From: Candidatus Aenigmatarchaeota archaeon
Lineage (GTDB): Archaea > Aenigmatarchaeota > Aenigmatarchaeia > CG10238-14 > SpSt-28
Length of the DNA: 64,000 nt
Assembly: GCA_038733315.1 (NCBI GenBank)
Contig: JAVYPJ010000002.1
Span: forward strand, 32,001-96,000
Direction: 5' to 3'
This document shows, piece after piece, positions 39,360-49,652 of the stretch. A program made the translations under genes and the position numbers. The notes below the pieces were generated by a model. The model was not told where the DNA came from. It did no database searches and worked only from the letters and a program-made list of their open reading frames with translations. The number at the start of each line of letters is the position of its first letter. The stretch's first letter is position 1.

Positions 39360-40092
39360 TTAGCTGAGCTGAGACCTAATTTTAGAAGTCCGTATAAAGT
39401 TTTTTTCAAAACTCATCAGAATTTTTTGATAGTGTGGCGTCGCTTTTTTTATTAAATTTTCTAAACTTTTCGAGTCTTCAAGAATGAATAGCGAGGCATT
39501 ATTAAGATGTTCTTTGTTAATCCATTTTCCGTATCCAAGCGATAATAGTATTTTTTCTACCCACATTTTATACTTCTCTAATCTTCTATCTCTTTCAATA
39601 AGCTCTTTCTCTCTCGGATCTTTTGCAAAGGTATAAACTATTTTATCTTTATATTCCTTTAGTATTTTTTGGCAACCTTCATATATTCTCTCCATATGCC
39701 ACTCGTTAGATACAATAGATATATAATGAATTTGTCCATATATGCTGGAAAGTAGGTGCAACGTCATTTTAGTGTAATAGAGATTAGATAGGGTACTATA
39801 TGACGCGTTTTCAATAATAATATCGCTTGGATGTATTCCTTTTTCTTCTAAATATGAGGATTTAATAAAAGAAATATTAGAAAAAATTAGCAATATAGGG
39901 AGCTTCGTTTTTTCCACAAGCTATTATTTTAATAATAATTTCTTTTTCCCCATATAACTTATTGCATAAGTCAGAAACCTTTAACTTCGTGAATAAATCA
40001 AAAGCCTTATCTGCTCTAGCTTTTGTATGTGGTTGTAAAGTTCCATCTGGATTTATTCCAGCACCATGGATTACTATTGCTGCAACTCCCAT
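39360..40092 (-). pseudogene. YdcF/DUF218 (ElyC/SanA-like) gene disrupted by a 31-nt insertion
   Basis: AIVIHGAG...RADKA in one frame; EEKGI..IIIENASYSTLSNL..IVSNEWHMER in another; junction 39850-39885. Confidence 0.75.
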
Positions 40093-40189
40093 AAACTATT
40101 ATTAAAATATATAAGTAATAGTTAAAAATATCTTTATTAAGTAGTAAATTTTTTGTAAAAATTTATTTTATTTGGAGAAATGCTTATTT

Positions 40190-40477
40190 ATGAAATCTAC
40201 TCTTTCTAAGATTATCGATTTACTTAAGGAAAGGGACTACTCCTTTTCTGAATTATTAGAAATCTTTGGAGAGCAAAATTTATCAAGAAAGGAACTAAAA
40301 GAAATTATTGATAGAATAGTTAAAATTTCTAAACACGCGTCTTGGAAGTTTTATTATAGTCCAGCAAAATGTAGAGAATGTGGTTATGAGGTTAAAAATT
40401 ATAAACCTATAACTAAATGCCCTAAATGTAAAACCGAAAAAATAAAAGATCCAAGATATATTATAAAAACAGAATAA
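40190..40477 (+). CDS. HTH plus Zn-ribbon transcription regulator (COG3357-like)
   Basis: N-terminal HTH, PAKCRECGY, KCPKCKTEKI.DP. Confidence 0.8.
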   Translation: MKSTLSKIIDLLKERDYSFSELLEIFGEQNLSRKELKEIIDRIVKISKHASWKFYYSPAKCRECGYEVKNYKPITKCPKCKTEKIKDPRYIIKTE

Positions 40478-40545
40478 CTCTCTCACTGTAAATTTAATCA
40501 AAACAATGTAAAGGAAATTTTAATAAGGAATTTAAATATTATTTT

Positions 40546-41175
40546 ATGATAGAGAAATTTAATCAAATAAAAGCAGCAATGTTATTAAGGAAGCTGGCTA
40601 ACGATGAAATATCAACAGAAGAATTAGTGAGATTCAGTAAAAAAGAGGGAATAATAATTTTTGATATAATAAAATGCATGCCACTAAAAGAAACCGGTCT
40701 CGGACTTTTAATAAAGGGATTAATAGATCTTCACGGTCCAGGCGTCATAAGAACCATGAGAATGGCTTTCAAAAGCGACGGCTACAATGATGCAAAGGAA
40801 GCATTAAAGATAGTGGGCAAAGAAAAGGCCTATAAGTTAATTAATTTCTGGACTGAATTGGGATATATTGAAAAACTTATAGAGATAAAGATTGGTAAAA
40901 ACGGTGACTTAAAGAATACTGAATTAAACGAAAATTTCTATAAAGAATTTGTTGAAAGTGGATATAATACGATTATAGTCAGAGTAAAAGGTTCATTTAG
41001 CTCTTCAGGGTATAAAACAGTCGCTGGAAAATCGAATTTTCCTATATGTGTTATAGAGCCCGCGTATATAGCTGGCTTTATAGAGGCTACATTTGATAGA
41101 AGATGTGATGTAGATGAAACTAAATGTGAAGCCACTGGTGATGAGTATTGTGAATACGTGTTTACACTAATCTAA
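40546..41175 (+). CDS. V4R-domain protein
   Basis: LGY, PIC....YIAG, ETKCEATGDEYCEY. Confidence 0.85.
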   Translation: MIEKFNQIKAAMLLRKLANDEISTEELVRFSKKEGIIIFDIIKCMPLKETGLGLLIKGLIDLHGPGVIRTMRMAFKSDGYNDAKEALKIVGKEKAYKLINFWTELGYIEKLIEIKIGKNGDLKNTELNENFYKEFVESGYNTIIVRVKGSFSSSGYKTVAGKSNFPICVIEPAYIAGFIEATFDRRCDVDETKCEATGDEYCEYVFTLI

Positions 41176-41191
41176 TAGGAAAAATAAAAAA

Positions 41192-41527
41192 CTATTCAGA
41201 TGATTTTAGTAGAGTGTAGGATAGATTTAAGAGTGATACACAGAAAACTAAATAACAAAATTCTGAAATTATCAAAGCTGGATAGAATTCTAAATAGAAT
41301 GTTAAAAGTTCTGTAACTATACCAAATGAAAATATCATCGAAGATATTGATAATATTAAAAAAGATTTTTTAACATTTTTGTCTAAATACATTTTCATAG
41401 CAACATATTTTTTATTTTTTGAAAACCGTCTTAAATAAAACAACATCATAATTAAGGTTGAAAAAACAACCACAGAATCTATGGAGATCATTAAAACCCT
41501 TGTTAGAAGCACTATACTCATTTCCAT
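41192..41527 (-). CDS. Three-TM membrane protein
   Basis: Three hydrophobic segments. Confidence 0.6.
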   Translation of the reverse strand: MEMSIVLLTRVLMISIDSVVVFSTLIMMLFYLRRFSKNKKYVAMKMYLDKNVKKSFLILSISSMIFSFGIVTELLTFYLEFYPALIISEFCYLVFCVSLLNLSYTLLKSSE

Positions 41528-41904
41528 TTTTTACCTATTTTTTCAATTCTTTTATTCCATTCGGTGATTATATATATCATACCAACACCAAAAACAATTG
41601 TTAGTACTGCAGTAATTTTTAGGAAAAAAACATTATTTAGTAAACTACCAAAAACAATGAAAATTATATTAATTAATAATATTAAAATGAGAATTGTTAT
41701 TATTTTCATTTCTTCGAATGTTTTATTCTCTAGTAAACTAAATGCTATTATAAAAAGCTCTTTTGGTTTAGATTGAACGTTTTTATATAATCTGTATGAT
41801 ACAAAAAATCCTATTATACTAAAAATAAGTGGAGATAAATAGAAGAAAATTATTGTAAAAAATGGATCGGTTGGGAACAGAGCAAAACTATCAGAGATAC
41901 CCAT
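41518..41904 (-). CDS. Three-TM membrane protein
   Basis: Three hydrophobic segments, same layout as its neighbour. Confidence 0.6.
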   Translation of the reverse strand: MGISDSFALFPTDPFFTIIFFYLSPLIFSIIGFFVSYRLYKNVQSKPKELFIIAFSLLENKTFEEMKIITILILILLINIIFIVFGSLLNNVFFLKITAVLTIVFGVGMIYIITEWNKRIEKIGKKWK

Positions 41905-41940
41905 AAATAATAGAAAATAATCATTTATTTAGTTATTTTT

Positions 41941-42705
41941 ATGGATATAATATCAATACTTGCAGTAGCTGCAATAGTAGCGGCAGCTTTAAAATCAGCA
42001 ATAAAAATAGCGAAAGAATATGAAAGGGGTGTTGTATTCAGATTAGGAAGATTTTCTGGAATAAAAGGTCCAGGCCTATTTTTTATAATACCAATAATAG
42101 ATAAAGCAGATATAATAGATTTGAGAACTAGAACCATAGACGTTCCAAAACAAAGAGTAATTACAAAAGATAACGTAAGTATAGATGTGGATGCGGTAGT
42201 ATATTTCAGAGTTACAGATCCCGCTAAGGCTGTAATTCAGGTTCAAGATTATTATATAGCCACTTCTAATTTGGCACAAACTGTTTTAAGAGATGTTTTA
42301 GGGCAAGAAGAATTAGATTCTATTTTAACAAAAAGAGAGGAGCTAAATAAAAAATTACAAAATATATTAGACGAATTAACAGATCCATGGGGAGTTAAAG
42401 TGGTGGCTGTTACTATAAAAGACGTTAGCTTGCCAGAATCAATGTTAAGGGCTATGGCAAAACAAGCAGAAGCAGAAAGAGAAAAAAGATCTAGAATTAT
42501 AGTAGCAGAAGGCGAACTAATAGCTAGTCAAAAAATGGCTGAAGCGGCAAAAGAATATGAAAAACATCCAGCTGCATTAAAACTAAGAGAATTACAAACA
42601 TTGGCTGAAATAGCAAGAGAAAAGAATTTGATAGTTGTAACTAGTGATAGCATTACAGGTAAAGTGGCTGCCTTAACAAAAGGTATAGAGAAAAAGAAGT
42701 CATGA
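41941..42705 (+). CDS. Stomatin/SPFH (slipin) protein
   Basis: [41 protein letters not shown]. Confidence 0.95.
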   Translation: MDIISILAVAAIVAAALKSAIKIAKEYERGVVFRLGRFSGIKGPGLFFIIPIIDKADIIDLRTRTIDVPKQRVITKDNVSIDVDAVVYFRVTDPAKAVIQVQDYYIATSNLAQTVLRDVLGQEELDSILTKREELNKKLQNILDELTDPWGVKVVAVTIKDVSLPESMLRAMAKQAEAEREKRSRIIVAEGELIASQKMAEAAKEYEKHPAALKLRELQTLAEIAREKNLIVVTSDSITGKVAALTKGIEKKKS

Positions 42706-43958
42706 GAAAAATTTTAATATCGTTGCTTTGTTTTATTTTTTGCGTTATTTTTTTATCCACTAACTTATGTGAGGAAAACAAAATTTTATCTATAAAATTT
42801 TTTGGAACTATAACCTTAGGAAACTATGAACTATTAAAAGAAGCTTTAGAATACGCGGAGAAAAAAAATATTTGCTGTGTTTTAATTCTTCTTGATACAT
42901 ATGGCGGAACCCTAGATGCTACATTAGAAATAATAAAATTAATAGACAGATCTAAAGTTCAAACAATTTCTTTTGTTTATCCTAAGGGCTCTACAGCTTG
43001 GTCTGCAGGAACAATGATTTTAATCTCTTCTGATATTGCTGCAATGAGTCCGAATAGTGTTATAGGTTCTATGCAACCAGTTTATGGAGACACGCCAATT
43101 AACGAATCGAAAGTAATTAACGCAATAGTAGCTTTTACAAAAGAAAGAATGAAGAAGCATGGAAGAAATGAAAGTTTGGTAGAGAAGTTTGTTACAGAGA
43201 ATTTAAATCTAAACTCTGAAGAAGCTTTGAGGTTAAGAGCTATAGATTTAATTGCTGAAGATTTGGAAGACTTATTGAATAAAATCGGAAAAAGCAATTT
43301 TGAAGTGGTAGAATATAATCCATCAATAAGAGTACACTTATTAAAACTGTTTTCAGACCCAGTTATTTCGTCAATAATACTTTTAATAGGAATATATATG
43401 TTGATATTCGGCATTTCATCTCCTGGAGTATTTAGTGAAATTATTGGAGTGATTTTAATTGCTCTTGCTCTAATAAATCTTGGAGCGAATATAAACTATA
43501 TAGCGGTTTTTCTAATAATTTTTGGCACAATTCTATTAATTTATGAATTAGCTTCGCCAGGATTTGGTTTTTTTGGCATAGTTGGAATATTTTGCATAAC
43601 TTTCGGAATATTTTTGCTACCTTCTTTTCCTAGTGAAATATATTTCATAGAGAGAAATTTAGCTATGAAAGATATTTTTCTTAAATCTTTACCAATAGTT
43701 ATTTTTATTTCTGCTTTCTTCTGTTTTGTTTTTTATAAAGTAGTTAGTTTAAGGAATAAAAGACCAGAAATTGGAGAGATGGTTGGGAAAATTGGGATTG
43801 CTATTGAAAATATTGAAAAGAATAAAATTGGGTGGATTAAAGTAGATAACGAGTTGTGGAAGGCAAAAAGTAAGGAAAAAATTAAAAAAGGTGAAAAGAT
43901 AAAAATAATCAAAAAAGATAATGAGTTTTTAATAGTCGAAAAAATTAAGAAACGTTAA
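42702..43958 (+). CDS. nfeD: NfeD/STOPP membrane serine protease
   Basis: LDTYGG, AWSAG, IGSMQP, TM region, C-terminal OB domain (ELWKA); operon with stomatin. Confidence 0.9.
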   Translation: MRKILISLLCFIFCVIFLSTNLCEENKILSIKFFGTITLGNYELLKEALEYAEKKNICCVLILLDTYGGTLDATLEIIKLIDRSKVQTISFVYPKGSTAWSAGTMILISSDIAAMSPNSVIGSMQPVYGDTPINESKVINAIVAFTKERMKKHGRNESLVEKFVTENLNLNSEEALRLRAIDLIAEDLEDLLNKIGKSNFEVVEYNPSIRVHLLKLFSDPVISSIILLIGIYMLIFGISSPGVFSEIIGVILIALALINLGANINYIAVFLIIFGTILLIYELASPGFGFFGIVGIFCITFGIFLLPSFPSEIYFIERNLAMKDIFLKSLPIVIFISAFFCFVFYKVVSLRNKRPEIGEMVGKIGIAIENIEKNKIGWIKVDNELWKAKSKEKIKKGEKIKIIKKDNEFLIVEKIKKR

Positions 43959-44145
43959 AAACTCCACAAACCTTTGAATATCCAAATATTTTTCCTACAG
44001 TTCTTAGACATATTTCTCTTGCAAAATAGAAAAAATCACTCATTTTAAAAAAATAATTAAGAGCAATTGCGACAAAAATAATTATAGCTAGGGCAACTAT
44101 AATAAATACTAAAAGGTTAACATTTATTTCTAGCGCAATTTTCAT
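43945..44145 (-). CDS. Small pilin-like protein
   Basis: Short leader, long hydrophobic helix, C-terminal Cys pair. Confidence 0.6.
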   Translation of the reverse strand: MKIALEINVNLLVFIIVALAIIIFVAIALNYFFKMSDFFYFAREICLRTVGKIFGYSKVCGVFNVS

Positions 44146-44327
44146 ATCTTTATAAGATTTTCACAAACACTACTAGAAAGCCACCCGATAGTTACATTAC
44201 AAATATTAACTCCAAAATTTCTTAATTCGCCACCTTTCGTTAGCGTAATTATAACATAGAAAAATATTAAAAAACCCATTATTGCAATTATAGTCCATAT
44301 TATTATGCTGAGGGAAACTTCTACCAT
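44142..44327 (-). CDS. Small pilin-like protein
   Basis: MVEVSLSII hydrophobic helix, C-terminal Cys pair; resembles its neighbour. Confidence 0.6.
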   Translation of the reverse strand: MVEVSLSIIIWTIIAIMGFLIFFYVIITLTKGGELRNFGVNICNVTIGWLSSSVCENLIKI

Positions 44328-44328
44328 A

Positions 44329-44517
44329 TTATTGGTTTTCCTCCTTTTTATCTATTTTAGCAGTTATGGTTTTATTGAAATTCTCTAGGAGCTTATTTAA
44401 AAACTCAGAAGAAAGTTTTGGTAAAGATTTTCCAGTAATTAAAGTAGAAGAAATAAGTATTAGTGATAATAGCAAGAAAAATAATATTACTATAAGAACA
44501 TATAAAGGAATTTGCAT
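44329..44517 (-). CDS. Small pilin-like protein
   Basis: N-terminal hydrophobic helix, amphipathic tail. Confidence 0.55.
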   Translation of the reverse strand: MQIPLYVLIVILFFLLLSLILISSTLITGKSLPKLSSEFLNKLLENFNKTITAKIDKKEENQ

Positions 44518-44520
44518 GCT

Positions 44521-44643
44521 TTATTCGGTTGTTACCGTTATTGGAACAGATTTTAAATACATATAACCAACGAATATAAACAAAACTAAAATTATTATCG
44601 CAATAGCGACAAATATTAACATCTTTATAGTTCCTTCTTCCAT
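44521..44643 (-). CDS. Small pilin-like protein (40 aa), absent from the ORF track
   Basis: MEEGTIKMLIFVAIAIIILVLFIFVGYMYLKSVPITVTTE; tightly packed in the operon. Confidence 0.55.
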   Translation of the reverse strand: MEEGTIKMLIFVAIAIIILVLFIFVGYMYLKSVPITVTTE

Positions 44644-44647
44644 AATA

Positions 44648-46648
44648 TTATATTTCTAATTCTTCTAACATTCCTTCTATAAAGCTTTGTATAAACATTA
44701 GAGATATAAAGCTAGAAAATGAAAAAATAAGAGAAGAAATTAGTATAGTCTTTGAAATAGAAGAAATTAAATATACTGGTTCAAACCCTTTTTCTAAGCC
44801 TATGATTATTAGCGAAGATAAAAGAGCTATTTCTATTACATATATTCCCAACACAAGTATAAAAACAGAAGGATATAAAGTTAAGGGGTTTATTTCCTTT
44901 ATACCGCCCATAAGAGGGAAAGATGGTAAGGGTATTGGAATTTCAGTATCAGACTCTCCAATATTAAACTTTGCACTTATGGATATTAGCAAGCTAGAAA
45001 GCATAATGGATAATGCAATTACTACACCTAATATAAAAGGAGCAAGAAAAGTGGAAATAAATTTTAAGTTTGTTGTTACATCACTAATAGTTTCTTCTAT
45101 TTTATCCTGAAGCTTGTTTAGCTCCTTTAGATTTTCTGATATTATAAGCATAGAAGTAGCTGCATATTGATATCCTTTTTTATACGATTCCACTATTATA
45201 CTAAACGAATATTTTATTAGCGAAGATGGAAACTTTTTTAAAACACCTCTTTTTTCATCAAAAATACCTTCTTTTAAGTTTCCAAAAAAATTTAGACTCT
45301 TAGAAAGTTCTAAGAAAAAGTCCTTTATTTTAAATGCTTTATATTTTTCCATAGCGGCATATATGCTATGCTCAAGCGTATGACCTCTTTTAAGTTCATA
45401 GCCTAACTGAAAAAGTACTTCTGGCAATTCTTTTTCAATCGCTTCCAAATTTTCTTTTAATAGAAGTTTTTTCCTAAGAAATATGTATAGTATAATAGAT
45501 GGAATTGAGAAGGATAAAATTAGAAAAATACCTAATAAAGAATTTCCCAACACATCTGTTAATCTTTCTTTACATTTGATATTTGATTCGCTTTTCTTTA
45601 TAGACTTTATGCATTCTATGAAATAATTAAAGTCTTGATTTAGCATGTATGCGATAATCGAAGATATTGATAAAAAAACTATAGATGCTAAAATTATTAC
45701 GTTGATTTTGGTATTAAAAATGTTTATATCGAATATATTTTTTTGTTCTAAGTATGAAGATGTTAGTGGCCTTGTTTGAAGTATGGATAGAGTAATAATT
45801 AATAGAATTGTTGGCAAAAGAAGATTATAAAATATCATTAGAAAGTCTATACTAATAAGATGTGGTATTATAAGAGAAAAAGCAAAAACCATAGTAGAAA
45901 CTAATAATGGTAATATAATTCCCATAGCCAATATTAACATAGATGGCAATTTTAGATTTCTAGAGTATTTTTCTAACCTAGAATATGTTTGAGACATTAT
46001 TGTGTTTAAAGCCTCATCTATCATTTTTTCGTTTCCAAAGGGATTTTCAGAATAGCTTATTAAAATTTTCATAGCATCGGAAAACTCCTTAGCTTCTTTA
46101 CTCCATTTTCTAATCACTATTTCATCTAGCGCTTCTTTTAGATTTTTATAGGCACCTATATATGTTTTGTAGAACGCTTCTTTTAAATCATCTCCAATAT
46201 AACTTTTTAAGTTTGACGAAGCAAATAAAACTGCTCTTTCTAAATTTGGTATTTGTTTTAATGAAATAGACATATAAACTATCGAATGTATCATTTCTGA
46301 AGATGCCACAGATCTTAAATATTTAGAAAGAATGTTTGGATAATAATATATTAGGAAAGAGATTATCAAAAGTATAAAAAAAAGCGAAGATACAATCCAA
46401 ATAGGAAAATTAAAAATCGATAGTAAAATTACTACTACGATAGATATTATAAAAAATATTATAGAAGCCGATAAATTGCTGTTAGGAGGAATTTTTAATC
46501 TGCAAAAATCTATCAATTCCTTTTCTTTCTCTTCAGTCCCAGTCTTTATAGTAATTATTTTTGCGCAAAAATTACAGAAAAGTTCATATGCATTTAACTT
46601 TCTCTTTTTTAGATATTCTTTAATAACATCCTCTGCGGAAATTAGCAT
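44648..46648 (-). CDS. Type IV pilus/Tad membrane platform protein (tandem GspF/TadC-like domains)
   Basis: Two repeats of cytoplasmic domain plus 3 TM; YMSISLKQIPNLERAV and IEKELPEVLFQLGYELKRGHTLE motifs. Confidence 0.75.
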   Translation of the reverse strand: MLISAEDVIKEYLKKRKLNAYELFCNFCAKIITIKTGTEEKEKELIDFCRLKIPPNSNLSASIIFFIISIVVVILLSIFNFPIWIVSSLFFILLIISFLIYYYPNILSKYLRSVASSEMIHSIVYMSISLKQIPNLERAVLFASSNLKSYIGDDLKEAFYKTYIGAYKNLKEALDEIVIRKWSKEAKEFSDAMKILISYSENPFGNEKMIDEALNTIMSQTYSRLEKYSRNLKLPSMLILAMGIILPLLVSTMVFAFSLIIPHLISIDFLMIFYNLLLPTILLIITLSILQTRPLTSSYLEQKNIFDINIFNTKINVIILASIVFLSISSIIAYMLNQDFNYFIECIKSIKKSESNIKCKERLTDVLGNSLLGIFLILSFSIPSIILYIFLRKKLLLKENLEAIEKELPEVLFQLGYELKRGHTLEHSIYAAMEKYKAFKIKDFFLELSKSLNFFGNLKEGIFDEKRGVLKKFPSSLIKYSFSIIVESYKKGYQYAATSMLIISENLKELNKLQDKIEETISDVTTNLKFISTFLAPFILGVVIALSIMLSSLLISISAKFNIGESDTEIPIPLPSFPLMGGIKEINPLTLYPSVFILVLGIYVIEIALLSSLIIIGLEKGFEPVYLISSISKTILISSLIFSFSSFISLMFIQSFIEGMLEELEI

Positions 46649-46691
46649 AAAAATACTTTTGATTTATGTTAAATATTTACAATAAATAATT

Positions 46692-49652
46692 ATGAGAGTT
46701 ATTAGCGACGTTGCCATAAGATTTGCCCTTGGTGTTGTTATAGCAATTATTCTTGCTTTTTGTTTCTGGTATTTTTTTATTAGAACCACGCCAGAAGATA
46801 TAGCCGAGAGGAGTGCTGATAGGTTTGTAAAAGCCATTGATGAATTATGTATGGAATATCTTTCGAATTCAGATGCTACCAAAACGGTTGATATAGAATT
46901 ACCACAAGTCAAATATTCTAGTCTAATGGATGAGTTAAATAGCGCTTTAAATAATTTTTTAAGTTTTTTAAATAAGGAAGCTCCAAAACCACCTTTACAA
47001 ATGTTTAACGATCCATACTTCTATCTTTATTGGGAAACCTTTCCGCCAGAAAACACTTTACACGCTTCTAAAGAAGCAGGCGTGGGACAAATTTTTTTAA
47101 TGCATACCACACCAGAAGATATAATTGAAGATGATAAAGAAGAAAACAATCAAAGTAATTGTTTCGTATGCGCACTTATAGAAACAACTAAAAAATCTTG
47201 TGATTCTATGCCACCTCCGTTTAATATTCTTGTGTCTCAGTGTATTTTTGTTAAAGCGTATGAAGGAGTAACTTGGATATCTGAAAATAGGGATAAGGTA
47301 TTAAAATTTTTAAGAGATATGATAATGCCTTGGAGCGAAGATTTGCCATGGAGCTCTAATTTTGTGACAACCGCGCTTTTTTATTCAGCCTTTGTTGGGA
47401 TAGATGTTCTTGGGTTACGTTTTTTTAAGGATGAGTCGAAAAGTGTATTAGCTGGAAATTATAGAGGATTAAAAGAAGAAATAGTTCAAAATTTTAAATC
47501 TATAATAAATAGATTCGGCGGAGATAATTTAGAAAAATTAGAAAAATTTAAAAAATTTGGAGACATAATCGATGCTATAAGAGAGCTAAAAAAAGGATTT
47601 GAAGAAACAATAGAGATAGCAGCTAGGAAATTAAAAGTTACAATTAACACAATCAAAGAGATTATAGTAGATTTTTGGGATGAAGCTAAGGGAGTTTTGA
47701 GAGAAGTAAAATTTGTTGGTAAAACAACAGCAGTAGGAACTATCACATGTTGGATTTTTACAGAAAATACTTTGGGAGACTGTATAGCTTATGGATTATT
47801 ATTTGGTTTAACAATGGATGGGATAAAAACAGCTGCTCCTAGGGCTGCTAAATATATTAAAGATGAATTTTCAAATTTTTATTCTAAGTCAAAACCTTTA
47901 TTAAAAAGAATAACAACAACTTTTGATGAAATATTTGGTAGTTCAAACGTAGATGAGATAAAAGGGTTTAATAAAGAAAAGATAGGAATGTTTGGTATTG
48001 CTATTAGCAGAGCTGTTGATGATAAAATAGATAAAATAATTGAAAAAGTTTTTAGTCAGGCTTCTGAAAAAGGAATGATAAAGAAGATTATAGAAGGAGG
48101 AAAAGAATATTTCTATTCTAAGAAGAGGATAGTACTTCGTGGGGATGTTTTATTAGAAAGAGAAGGAAATGATGTGGTAGATTTTATAGACACATATAGA
48201 GGTATCGAAGGAATAGATTTTACAAGCTGGAAACGTTCTACAGAATCTAAGATAGAGGGCGGAGCTCTTTATGAAATTAGAGTAGCGGAGTCGGAAATTA
48301 GCGGAAGTGAATTTGGGAAACTATATGAAAATGGTTATAATATTAATCATAAAAGAACTATAAAAGATTATTATAGAATTGTATGTGATGATGAGGGAAG
48401 ATGCTACAGGATCTATGAGAAAACCGAAATTATAGATGAAATTAAAATTGATAAAGATTCTCTAGCAAAAAAACTAAAAGAGGAAATGCATTTATCTATA
48501 GTTTATCCAATAAGAAAGATGTTGGCTAGATTAGAAGAGAAGGCGTTTTATAATAAGATTATAACCACAGAAGGGGTTAGCCAAATTATAAATAGTTTTA
48601 AAGAGTATGTAGAAAAAACTATGGATGAGGATACAGCAAGAAAATTTATAAAAACAGTTGATGAAAAACTTTATAAAAAATGCGAAAAGAGTGAAACAGG
48701 TTGTAAAGAGTTTTTAAAAAACGTTATTGAAAGTAGTGAAAGAAAAATTAGTAAGATGAAAGAAAAAAACGATGAATTAATTTTATTAATAAGAAAGGAC
48801 AGTAAAATAGCAGAAATAATAGAAAATATTCCAGAGGAGAGCACTGAAAATTTCTTTATAACTGCAGGGCATATAGAAGAAATAGTTAAGGGGACTGATA
48901 TAATGGACAAAAAATTATTATACGATGTAATAAGATTAAGAACTAATAGACTCTCAGAAGATATGAATCAATTTCTTCAAGGGTCCTTAGGGCATGCGTT
49001 GTTTAGAATGATTGATTTATACACTCCTTTAGGTTTTAGCTATTGGGATAAATTCTTTTCTTTTTATGGTTTTGCTGGACCTACAGCTGCAACAGAAAAA
49101 ATGTGCCAAACTGAGTGCGCTGAAGGACATATTTGCATAAATTCTGGTCCTTGTGTAATAAGGTTTAAACTTCCAGAAAGCTGTGAAATGGCGGGAATAA
49201 CCTCTATAAGATTAGAAAGAAATAGCATAATAGATCCAAATCCAAGATTTTATTTAGTTAGTCCTTGTTATGCAAAGCTCCACATGTATATAAGACATTA
49301 TCCCAATGAGGTTTCTGGTGAGAACGAGACAACAATTTTTATAAAACCATATTTGAAGAGGGTTGAAAATAAAGCAAATTATTGTTATGCGACTGAAGGT
49401 TTAGTTAATTTTTGGGTAGGTAGTTATGCCGCCGAATTTGCTGCTGGTTGTGCTATTGGCATACTCTGTACAGTAGGTACTTATGGATTAGGATTCGATG
49501 GAATTGCAAGGTGTCTTGGGTTTAAAATACCAGGAGTGTGTTCCTTAGCATCTTCTTTAGCTCAAACTGGAATAGCACTTGGTAGAGAAACTTATTTAGT
49601 TTGGCCAAATGTTTATAAAACCAATTCTTCTTTGGCTATTTGGGAAGAATGA
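46692..49652 (+). CDS. Large pilin-like, Cys-rich protein with internal hydrophobic hairpins
   Basis: N-terminal hydrophobic helix then FVKAIDELC...ELPQ; many Cys pairs; Gly-rich hydrophobic C-terminal segment. Confidence 0.65.
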   Translation: MRVISDVAIRFALGVVIAIILAFCFWYFFIRTTPEDIAERSADRFVKAIDELCMEYLSNSDATKTVDIELPQVKYSSLMDELNSALNNFLSFLNKEAPKPPLQMFNDPYFYLYWETFPPENTLHASKEAGVGQIFLMHTTPEDIIEDDKEENNQSNCFVCALIETTKKSCDSMPPPFNILVSQCIFVKAYEGVTWISENRDKVLKFLRDMIMPWSEDLPWSSNFVTTALFYSAFVGIDVLGLRFFKDESKSVLAGNYRGLKEEIVQNFKSIINRFGGDNLEKLEKFKKFGDIIDAIRELKKGFEETIEIAARKLKVTINTIKEIIVDFWDEAKGVLREVKFVGKTTAVGTITCWIFTENTLGDCIAYGLLFGLTMDGIKTAAPRAAKYIKDEFSNFYSKSKPLLKRITTTFDEIFGSSNVDEIKGFNKEKIGMFGIAISRAVDDKIDKIIEKVFSQASEKGMIKKIIEGGKEYFYSKKRIVLRGDVLLEREGNDVVDFIDTYRGIEGIDFTSWKRSTESKIEGGALYEIRVAESEISGSEFGKLYENGYNINHKRTIKDYYRIVCDDEGRCYRIYEKTEIIDEIKIDKDSLAKKLKEEMHLSIVYPIRKMLARLEEKAFYNKIITTEGVSQIINSFKEYVEKTMDEDTARKFIKTVDEKLYKKCEKSETGCKEFLKNVIESSERKISKMKEKNDELILLIRKDSKIAEIIENIPEESTENFFITAGHIEEIVKGTDIMDKKLLYDVIRLRTNRLSEDMNQFLQGSLGHALFRMIDLYTPLGFSYWDKFFSFYGFAGPTAATEKMCQTECAEGHICINSGPCVIRFKLPESCEMAGITSIRLERNSIIDPNPRFYLVSPCYAKLHMYIRHYPNEVSGENETTIFIKPYLKRVENKANYCYATEGLVNFWVGSYAAEFAAGCAIGILCTVGTYGLGFDGIARCLGFKIPGVCSLASSLAQTGIALGRETYLVWPNVYKTNSSLAIWEE

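Noticed and set aside
38410..39455. ORFs 38410-38652 and 39243-39455
   Set aside because: TTG starts, atypical composition, translations of repeat DNA (KQFKQ)
39845..39890. Canonical BHB mRNA intron in the DUF218 gene
   Set aside because: Registers that form a helix and bulge keep the in-frame TAA; registers that restore the frame form no central helix
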